From Escherichia phage 215Ecol030PP: 64,000 bases of DNA. Of the stretch, positions 53,637 to 64,000 are shown piece by piece (the stretch's first letter is position 1; every line of letters begins with the position of its first letter). The notes below the pieces were generated by a model, which saw nothing but the letters and a program-made list of their open reading frames with translations, was not told the DNA's origin and did no database searches. The position numbers and the translations under genes are program-made. The stretch lies in the sequence record PP328843.1; one strand, written 5' to 3'.

Positions 53637-56600
53637 ATGGCCGAGATTAAAAGAAAGTTCAGAGCAGAAGATGGTCTGGACGCAGGTGGCGATAAAATAA
53701 TCAACGTAGCTTTAGCTGATCGTACCGTAGGAACTGACGGTGTTAACGTTGATTACTTAATTCAAGAAAACACAGTTCAACAATATGATCCAACTCGTGG
53801 ATATTTAAAAGATTTTGTAATCATTTATAATAATCGTTTTTGGGCAGCAACGGATGATATTCCAAAACCTGCTGGAAATTTTAATAGAATTCGTTGGAAA
53901 GCATTACGTACTGATGCTGTATATACAACCGTATCATCTGGACCATATCAATTAAAATCCGGAGAAGCAATTTCAGTAGATACATCAGTTGGCAATGACA
54001 TTGAGTTTACTTTACCACCTTCTCCGCTTGATGGAGAAACCGTAATAATTCAAGATATCGGTGGAAAACCTGGCATAAATCAGGTTAAAATAAATTCTTC
54101 AAATCAGAGTATTGTCAATTTTAGAGGTGAACAGGTACGTTCAGTTTTAATGACTCATCCAAAGTCACAGATGGTATTCATTTTTAATAATCGTTTGTGG
54201 CAAATGTATGTTGCTGATTATAGCAGAGAAGCTGCGATTGTTACTCCATCGACTGCATATCAAGCACAATCTAATGATTTTATCGTGCGTAGATTTACTT
54301 CCGCTGCGCCGATTAATGTTAAGCTTCCAAGATTTGCTAATCATGGCGATATTATTAATTTCGTCGATTTAGATAAATTAAATCCACTTTATCATACAAT
54401 TGTCACGACATATGATGAAACGACGTCAGTGCAAGAAGTTGGAACTCATTCCATTGAAGGCCGTACAACGATTGACGGTTTCTTGATGTTTGATGATAAT
54501 GAGAAATTGTGGAGATTGTTTGACGGGGATAGTAAAGCGCGTTTACGCATTATAACGACTAATTCTAATATTCGTCCAAATGAAGAAGTTATGGTATTTG
54601 GTGCGAATAATGGAACAGCTCAGACAATTGAACTTCAGCTTCCGACTGATATTTCTGTTGGTGATACTGTTAAAATTTCCATGAATTACATGAGAAAAGG
54701 ACAAACAGTTAAAATCAAAGCTGCCGGTGAAGATAAAATTGCTTCTTCAGTTCAATTGCTGCAATTCCCAAAACGTTCAGAATATCCGCCTGAAGCTGAA
54801 TGGGTTACAGTTCAAGAATTAGTTTTTAACGGTGAAACTAATTATGTTCCAGTTTTGGAGCTTGCTTATATTGAAGATTCTGATGGAAAATATTGGGTTG
54901 TACAGCAAAACGTTCCAACTGTAGAAAGAGTAGACTCTTTAAATGCTTCTACTAGAGCAAGATTAGGCGTAATTGCTTTAGCTACGCAAGCTCAAGCAAA
55001 TGCTGATTTAGAAAATTCTCCACAAAAAGAATTGGCAATTACTCCAGAAACGTTAGCTAATCGTACTGCTACTGAAACTCGCAGAGGTATTGCAAGAATA
55101 GCAACTACTGCTCAAGTGAATCAGAACACCACATTCTCTTTTGCAGATGACCTTATCATCACTCCTAAAAAGCTGAATGAAAGAACTGCTACAGAAACTC
55201 GTAGAGGTGTCGCTGAAATTGCTACGCAGCAGGAAACTAATACAGGTACTGATGATACTACAATCATTACTCCTAAAAAGCTTCAAGCTCGTCAAGGTTC
55301 TGAGTCATTATCTGGTATTGTAACTTTTGTATCTACTGCAGGTGCTACTCCAGCTTCTAGCCGTGAATTAAATGGTACGAATGTTTATAATAAAAACACT
55401 AATAATTTAGTTGTTTCACCTAAAGCTTTGGATCAGTATAAAGCTACTCCAACACAACAAGGTGCGGTAATTTTAGCAGTTGAAAGTGAAGTAATTGCTG
55501 GACAAAGCCAAGAAGGATGGGCAAATGCGGTTGTAACGCCAGAAACGTTACATAAAAAGACATCAACTGATGGAAGAATTGGTTTAATTGAAATTGCTAC
55601 GCAAAGTGAAGTTAATACAGGAACTGATTATACTCGTGCAGTCACTCCTAAAACTTTAAATGACCGTAAAGCAACTGAAAGTTTAAGTGGTATAGCTGAA
55701 ATTGCTACGCAAGTTGAATTCGACGCAGGCGTCGACGATACTCGTATCTCTACACCATTAAAAATTAAAACTAGATTTAATAGTACTGATCGTACTTCTG
55801 TTGTTGCTCTATCTGGATTAGTTGAATCAGGAACTCTCTGGGACCATTATACCCTTAATATTCTTGAAGCAAATGAGACACAGCGTGGTACACTTCGTGT
55901 AGCTACACAAGTTGAAGCTGCTGCAGGAAAATTAGATAATGTTTTAATAACTCCTAAAAAGCTTTTAGGTACTAAATCTACTGAAGCACAAGAAGGTGTT
56001 ATTAAAGTTGCAACTCGGTCTGAAACTGTAGCTGGAACGTCAGCAAATACTGCTGTATCTCCAAAAAATTTAAAATGGATTGTGCAGAGTGAACCTACTT
56101 GGGCAGCTACTACTGCGATAAGAGGTTTTGTTAAAACTTCATCTGGTTCAATTACGTTCGTTGGTAATGATACGGTAGGTTCAACACAGCCATTAGAATC
56201 ATATGAGAAAAATGGTTATGCAGTATCACCATATGAATTAAATCGCGTATTAGCAAATTATTTGCCATTAAAAGCAAAAGCTGTAGATAGTAATTTATTA
56301 GATGGTCTAGATTCGCTCCAGTTCATTCGTAGGGACATTGCACAGACGGTTAATGGTTCACTAACCTTAACCCAACAAACGAATCTGAGTGCCCCTCTTG
56401 TATCATCTAGTACTGCTACATTCGGTGGATCAGTTTCAGCAAATAGTACATTAACTATTTCTAATACTGGAACGGCAACTCGTCTGATTTTTGAGAAAGG
56501 ACCTCAAACTGGAACAAACCCGACTCAAACGATGACTGTCAGAGTGTGGGGAAATCAATTTAGTGGGGAATCAGACACAACACGTTCTACCGTATTTGAA

Positions 56601-57506
56601 GTTAGTGATGAAACGTCTAGTCATTTTTATTCTCAGCGTAATAAAGCTGGTAATATAACATTTAATATAAACGGTACAGTAACGCCGATAAATGTGAATG
56701 CTTCAGGAACATTGAATGCGAATGGCGTTGCAACATTCGGTAGTTCAGTTACTGCTAATGGCGAATTTATCAGTAAATCATCGAATGCTTTTAGAGCAAT
56801 AAACGGTGATTATGGATTCTTTATTCGTAATGATGGTGCTAACACCTATTTTATGCTTACTGCATCTGGCGATCAGACCGGTGGATTTAATGGATTACGT
56901 CCTTTAACTATTAATAATGCATCTGGTCAAGTAACGATTGGTGAAAGCTTAATCATTGCCAAAGGTGCTACTATAAGTTCAGGTGGTTTAACTGTTAACT
57001 CGAGAATTCGTTCTCAGGGTACTAAAACCTCTGATTTATATACCCGTGCGCCAACATCTGATACTGTAGGATTCTGGTCAATCGATATTAATGATTCAGC
57101 CACTTATAACCAGTTCCCGGGTTATTTTAAGATGGTTGAAAAAACTAATGAAGTGACTGGGCTTCCATACTTAGAACGTGGCGAAGAAGTTAAATCTCCT
57201 GGTACATTGACTCAGTTTGGTAACACGCTTGATTCACTTTACCAAGATTGGATTACTTATCCAACGACTCCAGAAGCACGTACCACTCGCTGGACACGTA
57301 CATGGCAGAAAACCAAAAACTCTTGGTCAAGTTTTGTTCAGGTATTTGACGGAGGTAACCCTCCTCAACCTTCAGATATAGGAGCGATCCCATCTGATAA
57401 TGGAATAATAGGTAATCTTACTATTCGCGATTTCTTGCGAATTGGTAATGTTCGCATTATTCCTGACCCAGTGAATAAAACTGTTAAATTTGAGTGGATT
57501 GAATAA
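53637..57506 (+). CDS. 34: long tail fibre proximal subunit gp34
   Basis: 1289 aa, late promoter upstream, repeated T-x-ETRRGIA-like motifs. Confidence 0.95.
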   Translation: MAEIKRKFRAEDGLDAGGDKIINVALADRTVGTDGVNVDYLIQENTVQQYDPTRGYLKDFVIIYNNRFWAATDDIPKPAGNFNRIRWKALRTDAVYTTVSSGPYQLKSGEAISVDTSVGNDIEFTLPPSPLDGETVIIQDIGGKPGINQVKINSSNQSIVNFRGEQVRSVLMTHPKSQMVFIFNNRLWQMYVADYSREAAIVTPSTAYQAQSNDFIVRRFTSAAPINVKLPRFANHGDIINFVDLDKLNPLYHTIVTTYDETTSVQEVGTHSIEGRTTIDGFLMFDDNEKLWRLFDGDSKARLRIITTNSNIRPNEEVMVFGANNGTAQTIELQLPTDISVGDTVKISMNYMRKGQTVKIKAAGEDKIASSVQLLQFPKRSEYPPEAEWVTVQELVFNGETNYVPVLELAYIEDSDGKYWVVQQNVPTVERVDSLNASTRARLGVIALATQAQANADLENSPQKELAITPETLANRTATETRRGIARIATTAQVNQNTTFSFADDLIITPKKLNERTATETRRGVAEIATQQETNTGTDDTTIITPKKLQARQGSESLSGIVTFVSTAGATPASSRELNGTNVYNKNTNNLVVSPKALDQYKATPTQQGAVILAVESEVIAGQSQEGWANAVVTPETLHKKTSTDGRIGLIEIATQSEVNTGTDYTRAVTPKTLNDRKATESLSGIAEIATQVEFDAGVDDTRISTPLKIKTRFNSTDRTSVVALSGLVESGTLWDHYTLNILEANETQRGTLRVATQVEAAAGKLDNVLITPKKLLGTKSTEAQEGVIKVATRSETVAGTSANTAVSPKNLKWIVQSEPTWAATTAIRGFVKTSSGSITFVGNDTVGSTQPLESYEKNGYAVSPYELNRVLANYLPLKAKAVDSNLLDGLDSLQFIRRDIAQTVNGSLTLTQQTNLSAPLVSSSTATFGGSVSANSTLTISNTGTATRLIFEKGPQTGTNPTQTMTVRVWGNQFSGESDTTRSTVFEVSDETSSHFYSQRNKAGNITFNINGTVTPINVNASGTLNANGVATFGSSVTANGEFISKSSNAFRAINGDYGFFIRNDGANTYFMLTASGDQTGGFNGLRPLTINNASGQVTIGESLIIAKGATISSGGLTVNSRIRSQGTKTSDLYTRAPTSDTVGFWSIDINDSATYNQFPGYFKMVEKTNEVTGLPYLERGEEVKSPGTLTQFGNTLDSLYQDWITYPTTPEARTTRWTRTWQKTKNSWSSFVQVFDGGNPPQPSDIGAIPSDNGIIGNLTIRDFLRIGNVRIIPDPVNKTVKFEWIE

Positions 57507-57514
57507 GAGGTATT

Positions 57515-58630
57515 ATGGAAAAATTTATGGCAGAGTTTGGACAAGGATATGTCCAAACGCCATTTTTATCGGAAAGTAATTCAGTAAGATACAAAATAAG
57601 TATAGCGGGTTCTTGCCCGCTTTCTACAGCAGGACCATATGTTAAATTTCAGGATAACCCTGTCGGAAATCAAACATTTAGCGCAGGTCTTCATTTAAGA
57701 GTTTTTGACCCTTCAACAGGAGCATTAGTTGATAGTAAGTCATATGCTTTTTCTACTTCAAATAATACTACATCAGCTGCTTTTGTTAGTTTCATGAATT
57801 CTTTGTCAAACAATAGACTTGTTGCTATACTAACTAGCGGAAAGGTTAATTTTCCTCCTGAAGTGGTATCTTGGTTAAGGGGAGCAGGAACTTCAGTTTT
57901 TCCATCAGATTCAGTATTGTCAAGATTTGACGTATCATATGCTGCTTTTTATACTTCTTCTAAAAGAGCTATTGCATTAGAGCATGTTAAACTAAGTAAT
58001 AGAAAAAGCACAGATGATTATCAAACTATTTTAGATGTTGTATTTGATAGTTTAGAAGACGTCGGAGCTACGGGATTTCCTAAAAGAACATATGAAAGTG
58101 TCGAGCAATTTATGTCAGCGGTTGGTGGAACTAATAACGAAATTGCGCGATTGCCAACTTCAGCTGCTATAAGTAAACTTTCTGACTATAATTTAATTCC
58201 TGGTGATGTTCTTTATCTTAAAGCACAGTTATATGCTGATGCTGATTTACTTGATCTTGGAACTACAAACATATCCATTCGTTTTTATGATGCATCAAAT
58301 GGATATATTTCCTCGACCCAAGCTGAGTTTACTGGGCAAGCTGGGTCTTGGGAATTAAAAGAAGACTATGTAGTTGTTCCAGAAAACGCCGTAGGATTTA
58401 CGATATATGCACAAAGAACTGCTCAAGCAGGTCAAGGCGGCATGAGAAATTTAAGTTTTTCTGAAGTATCAAGAAATGGCGGCATTTCAAAACCTGCCGA
58501 ATTTGGCGTCAACGGTATTCGCGTTAATTATGTCTGTGAATCGGCTTCACCTCCAGATATAATGGTACTTCCTACACAAGCCTCTTCTAAAACTGGCAAA
58601 GTGTTTGGACAGGAATTTAGAGAAGTTTAA
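57515..58630 (+). CDS. 35: long tail fibre hinge protein gp35
   Basis: 371 aa. Confidence 0.9.
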   Translation: MEKFMAEFGQGYVQTPFLSESNSVRYKISIAGSCPLSTAGPYVKFQDNPVGNQTFSAGLHLRVFDPSTGALVDSKSYAFSTSNNTTSAAFVSFMNSLSNNRLVAILTSGKVNFPPEVVSWLRGAGTSVFPSDSVLSRFDVSYAAFYTSSKRAIALEHVKLSNRKSTDDYQTILDVVFDSLEDVGATGFPKRTYESVEQFMSAVGGTNNEIARLPTSAAISKLSDYNLIPGDVLYLKAQLYADADLLDLGTTNISIRFYDASNGYISSTQAEFTGQAGSWELKEDYVVVPENAVGFTIYAQRTAQAGQGGMRNLSFSEVSRNGGISKPAEFGVNGIRVNYVCESASPPDIMVLPTQASSKTGKVFGQEFREV

Positions 58631-58633
58631 ACT

Positions 58634-58660
58634 GAGGGAGCCTTCGGGCTCCCTTTTTCT
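58634..58660 (+). terminator. intrinsic terminator after gene 35 (UUCG tetraloop + U tract)
   Basis: GAGGGAGCC-TTCG-GGCTCCC-TTTTTCTTT. Confidence 0.65.
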
Positions 58661-58661
58661 T

Positions 58662-58669
58662 TATAAATA
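58662..58669 (+). promoter_or_regulatory. late promoter TATAAATA for gene 36
   Basis: Exact motif right after gene 35 terminator hairpin. Confidence 0.6.
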
Positions 58670-58692
58670 ATATTAAAATAAAGGGGCATATA

Positions 58693-59343
58693 ATGGCTGA
58701 TTTAAAAGTAGGTTCAACTGTGGGTGGATCTGTCATTTGGCATCAAGGAAATTTTCCATTGAATTCAGCCGGTGACGATGTACTCTACAAATCATTTAAA
58801 ATATATTCAGAATATAATAAACCGCAGGCAGCTGATAACGATTTCGTTTCTAAAGCTAATGGTGGTACTTACACCGGTCCAATTACTATTAATTACGGGG
58901 TAAATAGTTATCTTCAATTAAGTAATAATGAAACCCCCATCCGAATTCGTTCTGGTGGCGGCACTGGTAATACTCTTGTAGTTGGTGGCTCTTCTGGCGG
59001 TATTAGTTTTAGACCAGCAGGTAGTGAAATCACTACTGGACAAATTACGATTACGCCAGAAGGTTTGACAACATTTACCAAAGCTGTAACGGCTCCATCT
59101 GTAACTGTTACATCTACTCCTTCCGCAGCATCTGATGTTACTCGTAAAGATTATGTTGATGGAGCAATAAATACTGTTACAGCAAATGCAAACTCTAGGG
59201 TATTACGCTCTGGAGACACTATGACAGGAAATTTAACTGCGCCAAACCTTTTTTCACAGAATCCTGCATCTCAACCTTCACACGTTCCACGATTTGACCA
59301 AATCGTAATGAAGGATTCTGTTCAAGATTTCGGCTATTATTAA
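58693..59343 (+). CDS. 36: long tail fibre distal connector gp36
   Basis: 216 aa, late promoter upstream. Confidence 0.9.
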   Translation: MADLKVGSTVGGSVIWHQGNFPLNSAGDDVLYKSFKIYSEYNKPQAADNDFVSKANGGTYTGPITINYGVNSYLQLSNNETPIRIRSGGGTGNTLVVGGSSGGISFRPAGSEITTGQITITPEGLTTFTKAVTAPSVTVTSTPSAASDVTRKDYVDGAINTVTANANSRVLRSGDTMTGNLTAPNLFSQNPASQPSHVPRFDQIVMKDSVQDFGYY

Positions 59344-59351
59344 GAGGACTT

Positions 59352-62297
59352 ATGGCTACTTTAAAACAAATACAATTTAAAAGAAGCAAAACTGCAGGTC
59401 AACGTCCTGCTGCTTCAGTATTAGCCGAAGGTGAATTGGCTATAAACTTAAAAGATAAAACAATTTTCACAAAAGATGACTCAGGTAGTGTTATAGAATT
59501 AGGTTTAAAATATGGAGGAACTATAAATGGGTCTTTAGAGGTTACAGAAAATATAACTGGAACTTTAATTGGAAATTCTAGCACAGCTACTAAATTGCAA
59601 ACACCTAGGAAAATTAATGGTATATCTTTTGATGGGTCAAAGGACATTACCTTAACTCCATCTGACATAAATGTCAATAGCACAACATTTATAAAAAATA
59701 ATGGCGAATTACCTGTTGATGCTAATTTAGATACGTATGGGCCTGTTGAAGAATATCTTGGAGTTTGGTCGAAAGCAACTTCAACCAACGCTCAACCAGC
59801 AAATAAATTTCCAGAAGAAAATGCTGTAGGTGTGCTAGAAGTATTTGTGGCCGGTCAATTTGCTGGTACTCAGAGATATACAACTAGATACGGAAATGTT
59901 TATATTCGTTCCTTGACTGCTACATGGAACGGAGTAAATGGTCCGTGGAGTGTGTGGCGAAATATTCAATCCGGTACTCGTCCACTGTCAACAACAATTG
60001 ATCTTAATGATCTAGGAGGCGCTGAACACCTTGGTTTGTGGCGAAATAGTTCAAATTCCATTGCTACCTTTGACAGAAATTTCCCAGAAGAGGGGTCGTC
60101 AGCTCAAGGTCTTTTGGAAGTATATGAAGGTGGAAACTATTCTCGTACACAAAGATATACAACCAGATTTGGTGTTGTATATACTCGTTGTCTTGCTGCC
60201 GCGTGGGATGCTTCCGCGCCTAAATGGGGACCGTGGCAACAAGTCGGTAATGTCACACCAGCGACTTTCTATGACGGAAACCTGAATGATTTTAAAACTC
60301 CTGGGTTATATAACATTTTAGGCACTGATGCCGTTATTAACTGTCCTACTGGTGAAGGTTTACCAGCCGTTATTGTTGGTTTGCTGGAAGTTAAACAGCG
60401 TGCTTCTGGTGGTGCTATTTTCCAAAAATTTACTACTGCCGGAACAGGTGCAACTACCCGCGATCGTATTTTTGAGCGCGCATATACCGGCGGTGTGTGG
60501 GGTGAATGGAACGAAGTATACACATCCTATTCTCTACCAATTACTTTGGGTATGGGCGGTATTAAATCTAACTTAGCTGAGTTAGACTGGCAAACCTTTG
60601 ATTTTGTCCCTGGTAGTATGTTTAGTGTTCCTTTGAACAAAATAAAGAACATGCCAGCTAATATGAATTGGGGCACGATTGACGGAAACTTAATTATGTT
60701 TTCTGTTGGTCCTAGCGAACATACTAGCACAGGGCGTACTGTTCAGGTTTGGCGCGGTACTGTATCCCAGACAAACTACCGTTATTTTGTCGTTCGTGTG
60801 TTCGGTAATTCTGGAAATAGAACTTGCACAGTCCGCCGTGTTGTTCTTGAAGACGGATCACATACTTGGACTGCTCAACAAAACTTTAGGGGATTGCTGA
60901 ATATCACTGCTGCTGTTAATCTTGGTGCTAATCAGAAAATTTCACTTGCTCCAGGAGCATATATTCAAGCCCCTGCTAGCGGTTCTGGTTCTAATACTTA
61001 CGCAAATCAGAATACTACCATTGCACCATTATATCAGGCCATTGACGATTCAAATAAAAACCAGTTTGCACCAATTGTTAAACAGAAAAACACTGTAAGT
61101 AATATCACCTTTGCCACTGGTATGGCTATAGGTACATCCGAATATAAGATCATTGCTCAGGGTGATTTATCCGCTAATGGAACAGCAGATGGGTTAAAAC
61201 AATGGACTTTCATGCCGTCAGGTTATTTTAAATCTCCAGGGCGTGTATATGTCGGTGATGCGTTCCTTAATACAGATGGTAATATTGCCGGTTCAATCTG
61301 GAAGAAATATAACAATGCGACAAATTTAGATGCTGCCTTGAATACTCGCGTAGGTAAAGGCGGTGATACGATGACAGGTCGGTTAACAATCAATGCACCT
61401 AATGATTCTATTGTATTATCAACAACTGCTAGTAATTCTTTGCATATTCGCGGTGACATAGACGGGACTGGTAACTGGTATATTGGCAAGGGTGGTGCTG
61501 ATAATTCGCTAGCATTTTATAGCTATGCTTCTCAGGCGGCAGTACATATCACAAACAATGGTGAGATTGCGTTAAACCCGCAAAATACCGCAATGGTTAA
61601 CGTTAACCGCGACCGTGTACACATTAACGGTTCTGGATGGATTGCTAGACAACCGGGTGATTGGGGCAACCAATGGCGAGTAGAAGCTCCATTATTCGTC
61701 GATCATGGTTATGTTTCACAGGATTGTTATTATCCTATTCTTAAAGCAAGAAGCGTTATAACCAATCAAGGATATAGCACCTCTGTTGACTTTGGTATGC
61801 GTCGTACTCCATCACAGTGGGGGCAAGCAATCATTCGTGTCGGATCCACGGAGGCTTCTCCTGATGCTGGACACCCACAAGCTGTGTTTGCATTCCATCA
61901 TGATGGATTCTTTTATACACCAGGAAATGGTAGCTTTAGCGATGTGTATATTCGTTCTGATGGTCGTCTTAAGATTAATAAAAAAGAGCTAGAAAACGGA
62001 GCGGTCGAAAAAGTTTGCCGACTGAAAGTTTATATTTACGATAAAGTTAAGTCTATTAAAGACCGTAGTGTTATTAAACGTGAAGTTGGTATTATTGCTC
62101 AGGATCTTGAAAAGGAATTACCGGAAGCTGTATCTAAAGTTGAAGTTGATGGATCTGATGTTCTGACAATTTCTAACTCTGCTGTGAATGCTCTTTTAAT
62201 TAAAGCTATTCAGGAAATGAGTGAGGAAATTAAAGAATTGAAAACGCCTCTCTTTACTAAAATTGCTCGCAAAATTAGTAAATATTTTAAATTCTAA
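59352..62297 (+). CDS. 37: long tail fibre distal subunit gp37 (T2-type, with C-terminal intramolecular chaperone domain)
   Basis: 981 aa; N-terminus [13 protein letters not shown] conserved; C-terminal 113 aa begin SDGRLK. Confidence 0.9.
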   Translation: MATLKQIQFKRSKTAGQRPAASVLAEGELAINLKDKTIFTKDDSGSVIELGLKYGGTINGSLEVTENITGTLIGNSSTATKLQTPRKINGISFDGSKDITLTPSDINVNSTTFIKNNGELPVDANLDTYGPVEEYLGVWSKATSTNAQPANKFPEENAVGVLEVFVAGQFAGTQRYTTRYGNVYIRSLTATWNGVNGPWSVWRNIQSGTRPLSTTIDLNDLGGAEHLGLWRNSSNSIATFDRNFPEEGSSAQGLLEVYEGGNYSRTQRYTTRFGVVYTRCLAAAWDASAPKWGPWQQVGNVTPATFYDGNLNDFKTPGLYNILGTDAVINCPTGEGLPAVIVGLLEVKQRASGGAIFQKFTTAGTGATTRDRIFERAYTGGVWGEWNEVYTSYSLPITLGMGGIKSNLAELDWQTFDFVPGSMFSVPLNKIKNMPANMNWGTIDGNLIMFSVGPSEHTSTGRTVQVWRGTVSQTNYRYFVVRVFGNSGNRTCTVRRVVLEDGSHTWTAQQNFRGLLNITAAVNLGANQKISLAPGAYIQAPASGSGSNTYANQNTTIAPLYQAIDDSNKNQFAPIVKQKNTVSNITFATGMAIGTSEYKIIAQGDLSANGTADGLKQWTFMPSGYFKSPGRVYVGDAFLNTDGNIAGSIWKKYNNATNLDAALNTRVGKGGDTMTGRLTINAPNDSIVLSTTASNSLHIRGDIDGTGNWYIGKGGADNSLAFYSYASQAAVHITNNGEIALNPQNTAMVNVNRDRVHINGSGWIARQPGDWGNQWRVEAPLFVDHGYVSQDCYYPILKARSVITNQGYSTSVDFGMRRTPSQWGQAIIRVGSTEASPDAGHPQAVFAFHHDGFFYTPGNGSFSDVYIRSDGRLKINKKELENGAVEKVCRLKVYIYDKVKSIKDRSVIKREVGIIAQDLEKELPEAVSKVEVDGSDVLTISNSAVNALLIKAIQEMSEEIKELKTPLFTKIARKISKYFKF

Positions 62298-62302
62298 CAA
62301 CA

Positions 62303-62320
62303 AGGGGGAAATGCCCCCTT
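62303..62320 (+). terminator. stem-loop after gene 37
   Basis: AGGGGG-AAATG-CCCCCT between 37 stop and 38 start. Confidence 0.45.
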
Positions 62321-62333
62321 TGGAGTATAAATT

Positions 62334-63131
62334 ATGGCAGTAGTTGGAGTTCCTGGCTGGATTGGAAGTTCAGCCGTAAATGAAACAGGACAGCGCTGGA
62401 TGAGTCAAGCGGCTGGTCAATTAAGATTGGGTGTTCCTTGCTGGATGAGTCAATTTGCAGGTCGCTCACGAGAAATTATTCACACGCTTGGAGCAGACCA
62501 TAACTTCAATGGTCAATGGTTCCGAGATAGATGTTTTGAGGCAGGTAATGCACCTATAGTGTTTAATATTACAGGTGATTTAGTATCATATTCTAAAGAT
62601 GTTCCTTTATTCTTCATGTACGGAGATACACCAAATGAATATGTTCAGTTAAATATTATTGGCGCTCATATGTGGGGTAGAGGTGGACAAGGTGGATGGA
62701 CTCATTCCGGTGGAGATGGTAATGGACAACAAGGCGGGCATTGTATTCAAAACGACATTGGTGGACGATTAAGAATTAACAACGGTGGAGTAATTTGCGG
62801 TGGAGGTGGCGGTGGTGGCGGTATCGCTTATCGTCCTCACTCTGGCGCAAACTGGCAGGATATTGGTGGCGGTGGAGGAAGACCATTTGGCCCAGGAGGT
62901 GGCGGTGGTTATTCAGGAGGTGCTGCTTCTTATGACGGCCCAGGAGGTGGTTATAATTATGGTAATGCTCATTCTGGTCAGGGCGGTGATGCCGGAGGAA
63001 ATGGACAAAATGCCTGGTCTGATGGCGGTAAAGTACTAAAAGTCGGTGCAGGAGGAGCAGCAGGTTATGCTGTCATAGGATCTGCTCCAACTTGGCAAAA
63101 TGTTGGAGTAATATATGGTCCAAGAGTATAA
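62334..63131 (+). CDS. 38: gp38 receptor-binding adhesin with glycine-rich motifs (T2/S16 type)
   Basis: 265 aa; GGGGGGGG, GGGGG and GGGGG runs separated by variable segments. Confidence 0.85.
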   Translation: MAVVGVPGWIGSSAVNETGQRWMSQAAGQLRLGVPCWMSQFAGRSREIIHTLGADHNFNGQWFRDRCFEAGNAPIVFNITGDLVSYSKDVPLFFMYGDTPNEYVQLNIIGAHMWGRGGQGGWTHSGGDGNGQQGGHCIQNDIGGRLRINNGGVICGGGGGGGGIAYRPHSGANWQDIGGGGGRPFGPGGGGGYSGGAASYDGPGGGYNYGNAHSGQGGDAGGNGQNAWSDGGKVLKVGAGGAAGYAVIGSAPTWQNVGVIYGPRV

Positions 63132-63162
63132 TTTTGAATAAATACCCCTAAAAGGAGGGTCT

Positions 63163-63819
63163 ATGGCAGCACCTAGAATATCATTTTCGCCCTCTGATAT
63201 TCTATTTGGTGTTCTAGATCGCTTGTTCAAAGATAACGCTACCGGGAAAGTTCTTGCTTCCCGGGTAGCTGTCGTAATTCTTTTGTTTATGATGGCGATT
63301 GTTTGGTATAGGGGAGATAGTTTCTTTGAGTACTATAAGCAATCAAAGTATGAAACATACAGTGAAATTATTGAAAAGGAAAGAAATGCACGCTTTGAAT
63401 CTGTCGCCCTGGAACAACTCCAGATAGTTCACATATCATCTGAGGCAGACTTTAGTGCGGTGTATTCTTTCCGCCCTAAAAACTTAAACTATTTTGTTGA
63501 TATTATAGCATATGAAGGAAAATTACCTTCAACAATAAGTGAAAAATCACTTGGAGGATATCCTGTTGATAAAACTATGGATGAATATACAGTTCATTTA
63601 AATGGACGTCATTATTATTCCGACTCAAAATTTGCTTTTTTACCAACTAAAAAGCCTACTCCCGAAATAAACTACATGTACAGTTGTCCATATTTTAATT
63701 TGGATAATATCTATGCTGGAACGATAACCATGTACTGGTATAGAAATGATCATATAAGTAATGACCGCCTTGAATCAATATGTGCTCAGGCGGCCAGAAT
63801 ATTAGGAAGGGCTAAATAA
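63163..63819 (+). CDS. t: holin T
   Basis: 218 aa with one N-terminal transmembrane segment VAVVILLFMMAIVWY. Confidence 0.9.
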   Translation: MAAPRISFSPSDILFGVLDRLFKDNATGKVLASRVAVVILLFMMAIVWYRGDSFFEYYKQSKYETYSEIIEKERNARFESVALEQLQIVHISSEADFSAVYSFRPKNLNYFVDIIAYEGKLPSTISEKSLGGYPVDKTMDEYTVHLNGRHYYSDSKFAFLPTKKPTPEINYMYSCPYFNLDNIYAGTITMYWYRNDHISNDRLESICAQAARILGRAK

Positions 63820-64000
63820 TTATTTGTTCGTATACATTTCTAGATATCGATATACACCCTCAAAACCCTCGTTGAATTCATCGATGAGGGTTTTCTTATC
63901 TTCTTGAGTTAATTCAGAAACAATTTTACGAAATGAATTCTGATTTAACTTTCTACCTTCATGCGTTACTCCAATCTCATTAAGAAATGCAATAAAATTA
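63820..64000 (-). CDS. asiA: anti-sigma70 factor AsiA, C-terminal part (5' end beyond window)
   Basis: Minus strand ends ...NFIAFLNEIGVTHEGRKLNQNSFRKIVSELTQEDKKTLIDEFNEGFEGVYRYLEMYTNK then stop. Confidence 0.8.
   Translation of the reverse strand, partial: NFIAFLNEIGVTHEGRKLNQNSFRKIVSELTQEDKKTLIDEFNEGFEGVYRYLEMYTNK

Noticed and set aside
62800-63039. 79-aa ORF and GGT/GGC simple-sequence run
   Set aside because: Alternative frame inside gene 38; the repeat-like DNA is the coding sequence for the polyglycine motifs, not a microsatellite or CRISPR-like array.

Overview
This window is a contiguous segment of a T4-like (T-even, Tequatrovirus-type) phage genome, running from gene 15 to asiA in near-perfect T4 gene order. 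All calls are from reading the sequence and recalling T4 proteins; no database search was run, so every comparison to T4 is from memory. Plus strand carries the late structural genes: 15 (partial), terminase 16/17, tail sheath 18, tail tube 19, portal 20, prohead core 67/68, protease 21, scaffold 22, major capsid 23, vertex 24, then baseplate 51-27-28-29-48-54, and long tail fibre 34-35-36-37-38 plus holin t. Minus strand carries the early/middle genes: rnlB, hoc, inh, uvsY, 25, 26, alt, DNA ligase 30 and its small-ORF cluster, rIII, 31, cd, pseT, the spanin pair, alc, rnlA, denA, intron-split nrdB, nrdA, intron-split td, frd, 32, 59, 33, dsbA, rnh and the end of asiA. T4 signals are abundant: TATAAATA late promoters, GTTTAC-N17/18-TATAAT early promoters, a MotA-type middle promoter before uvsY, the gene 32 leader operator, GC-stem tetraloop hairpins and ATGA start/stop overlaps. 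I found no CRISPR array, tRNA or rRNA gene, and no clearly foreign defence island. The departures from T4 as I remember it are the interesting part: (1) an exact in-frame 141-bp tandem duplication inside td exon 1; (2) an extra ORF between frd and td, which overlap in T4; (3) a 262-nt td group I intron with no homing-endonuclease ORF; (4) a roughly 591-nt nrdB intron carrying only a 73-codon endonuclease remnant; (5) a T2-type gp38 adhesin with polyglycine motifs and a gp37 ending in a predicted self-cleaving chaperone domain; (6) a 472-aa Hoc with one extra Ig-like domain; (7) compact junctions where T4 carries seg endonuclease genes; (8) a NADAR/YbiA-like and a HAD-like gene in the ligase-alt early cluster; (9) promoter-specific inverted repeats embracing the -10 element of several early promoters.
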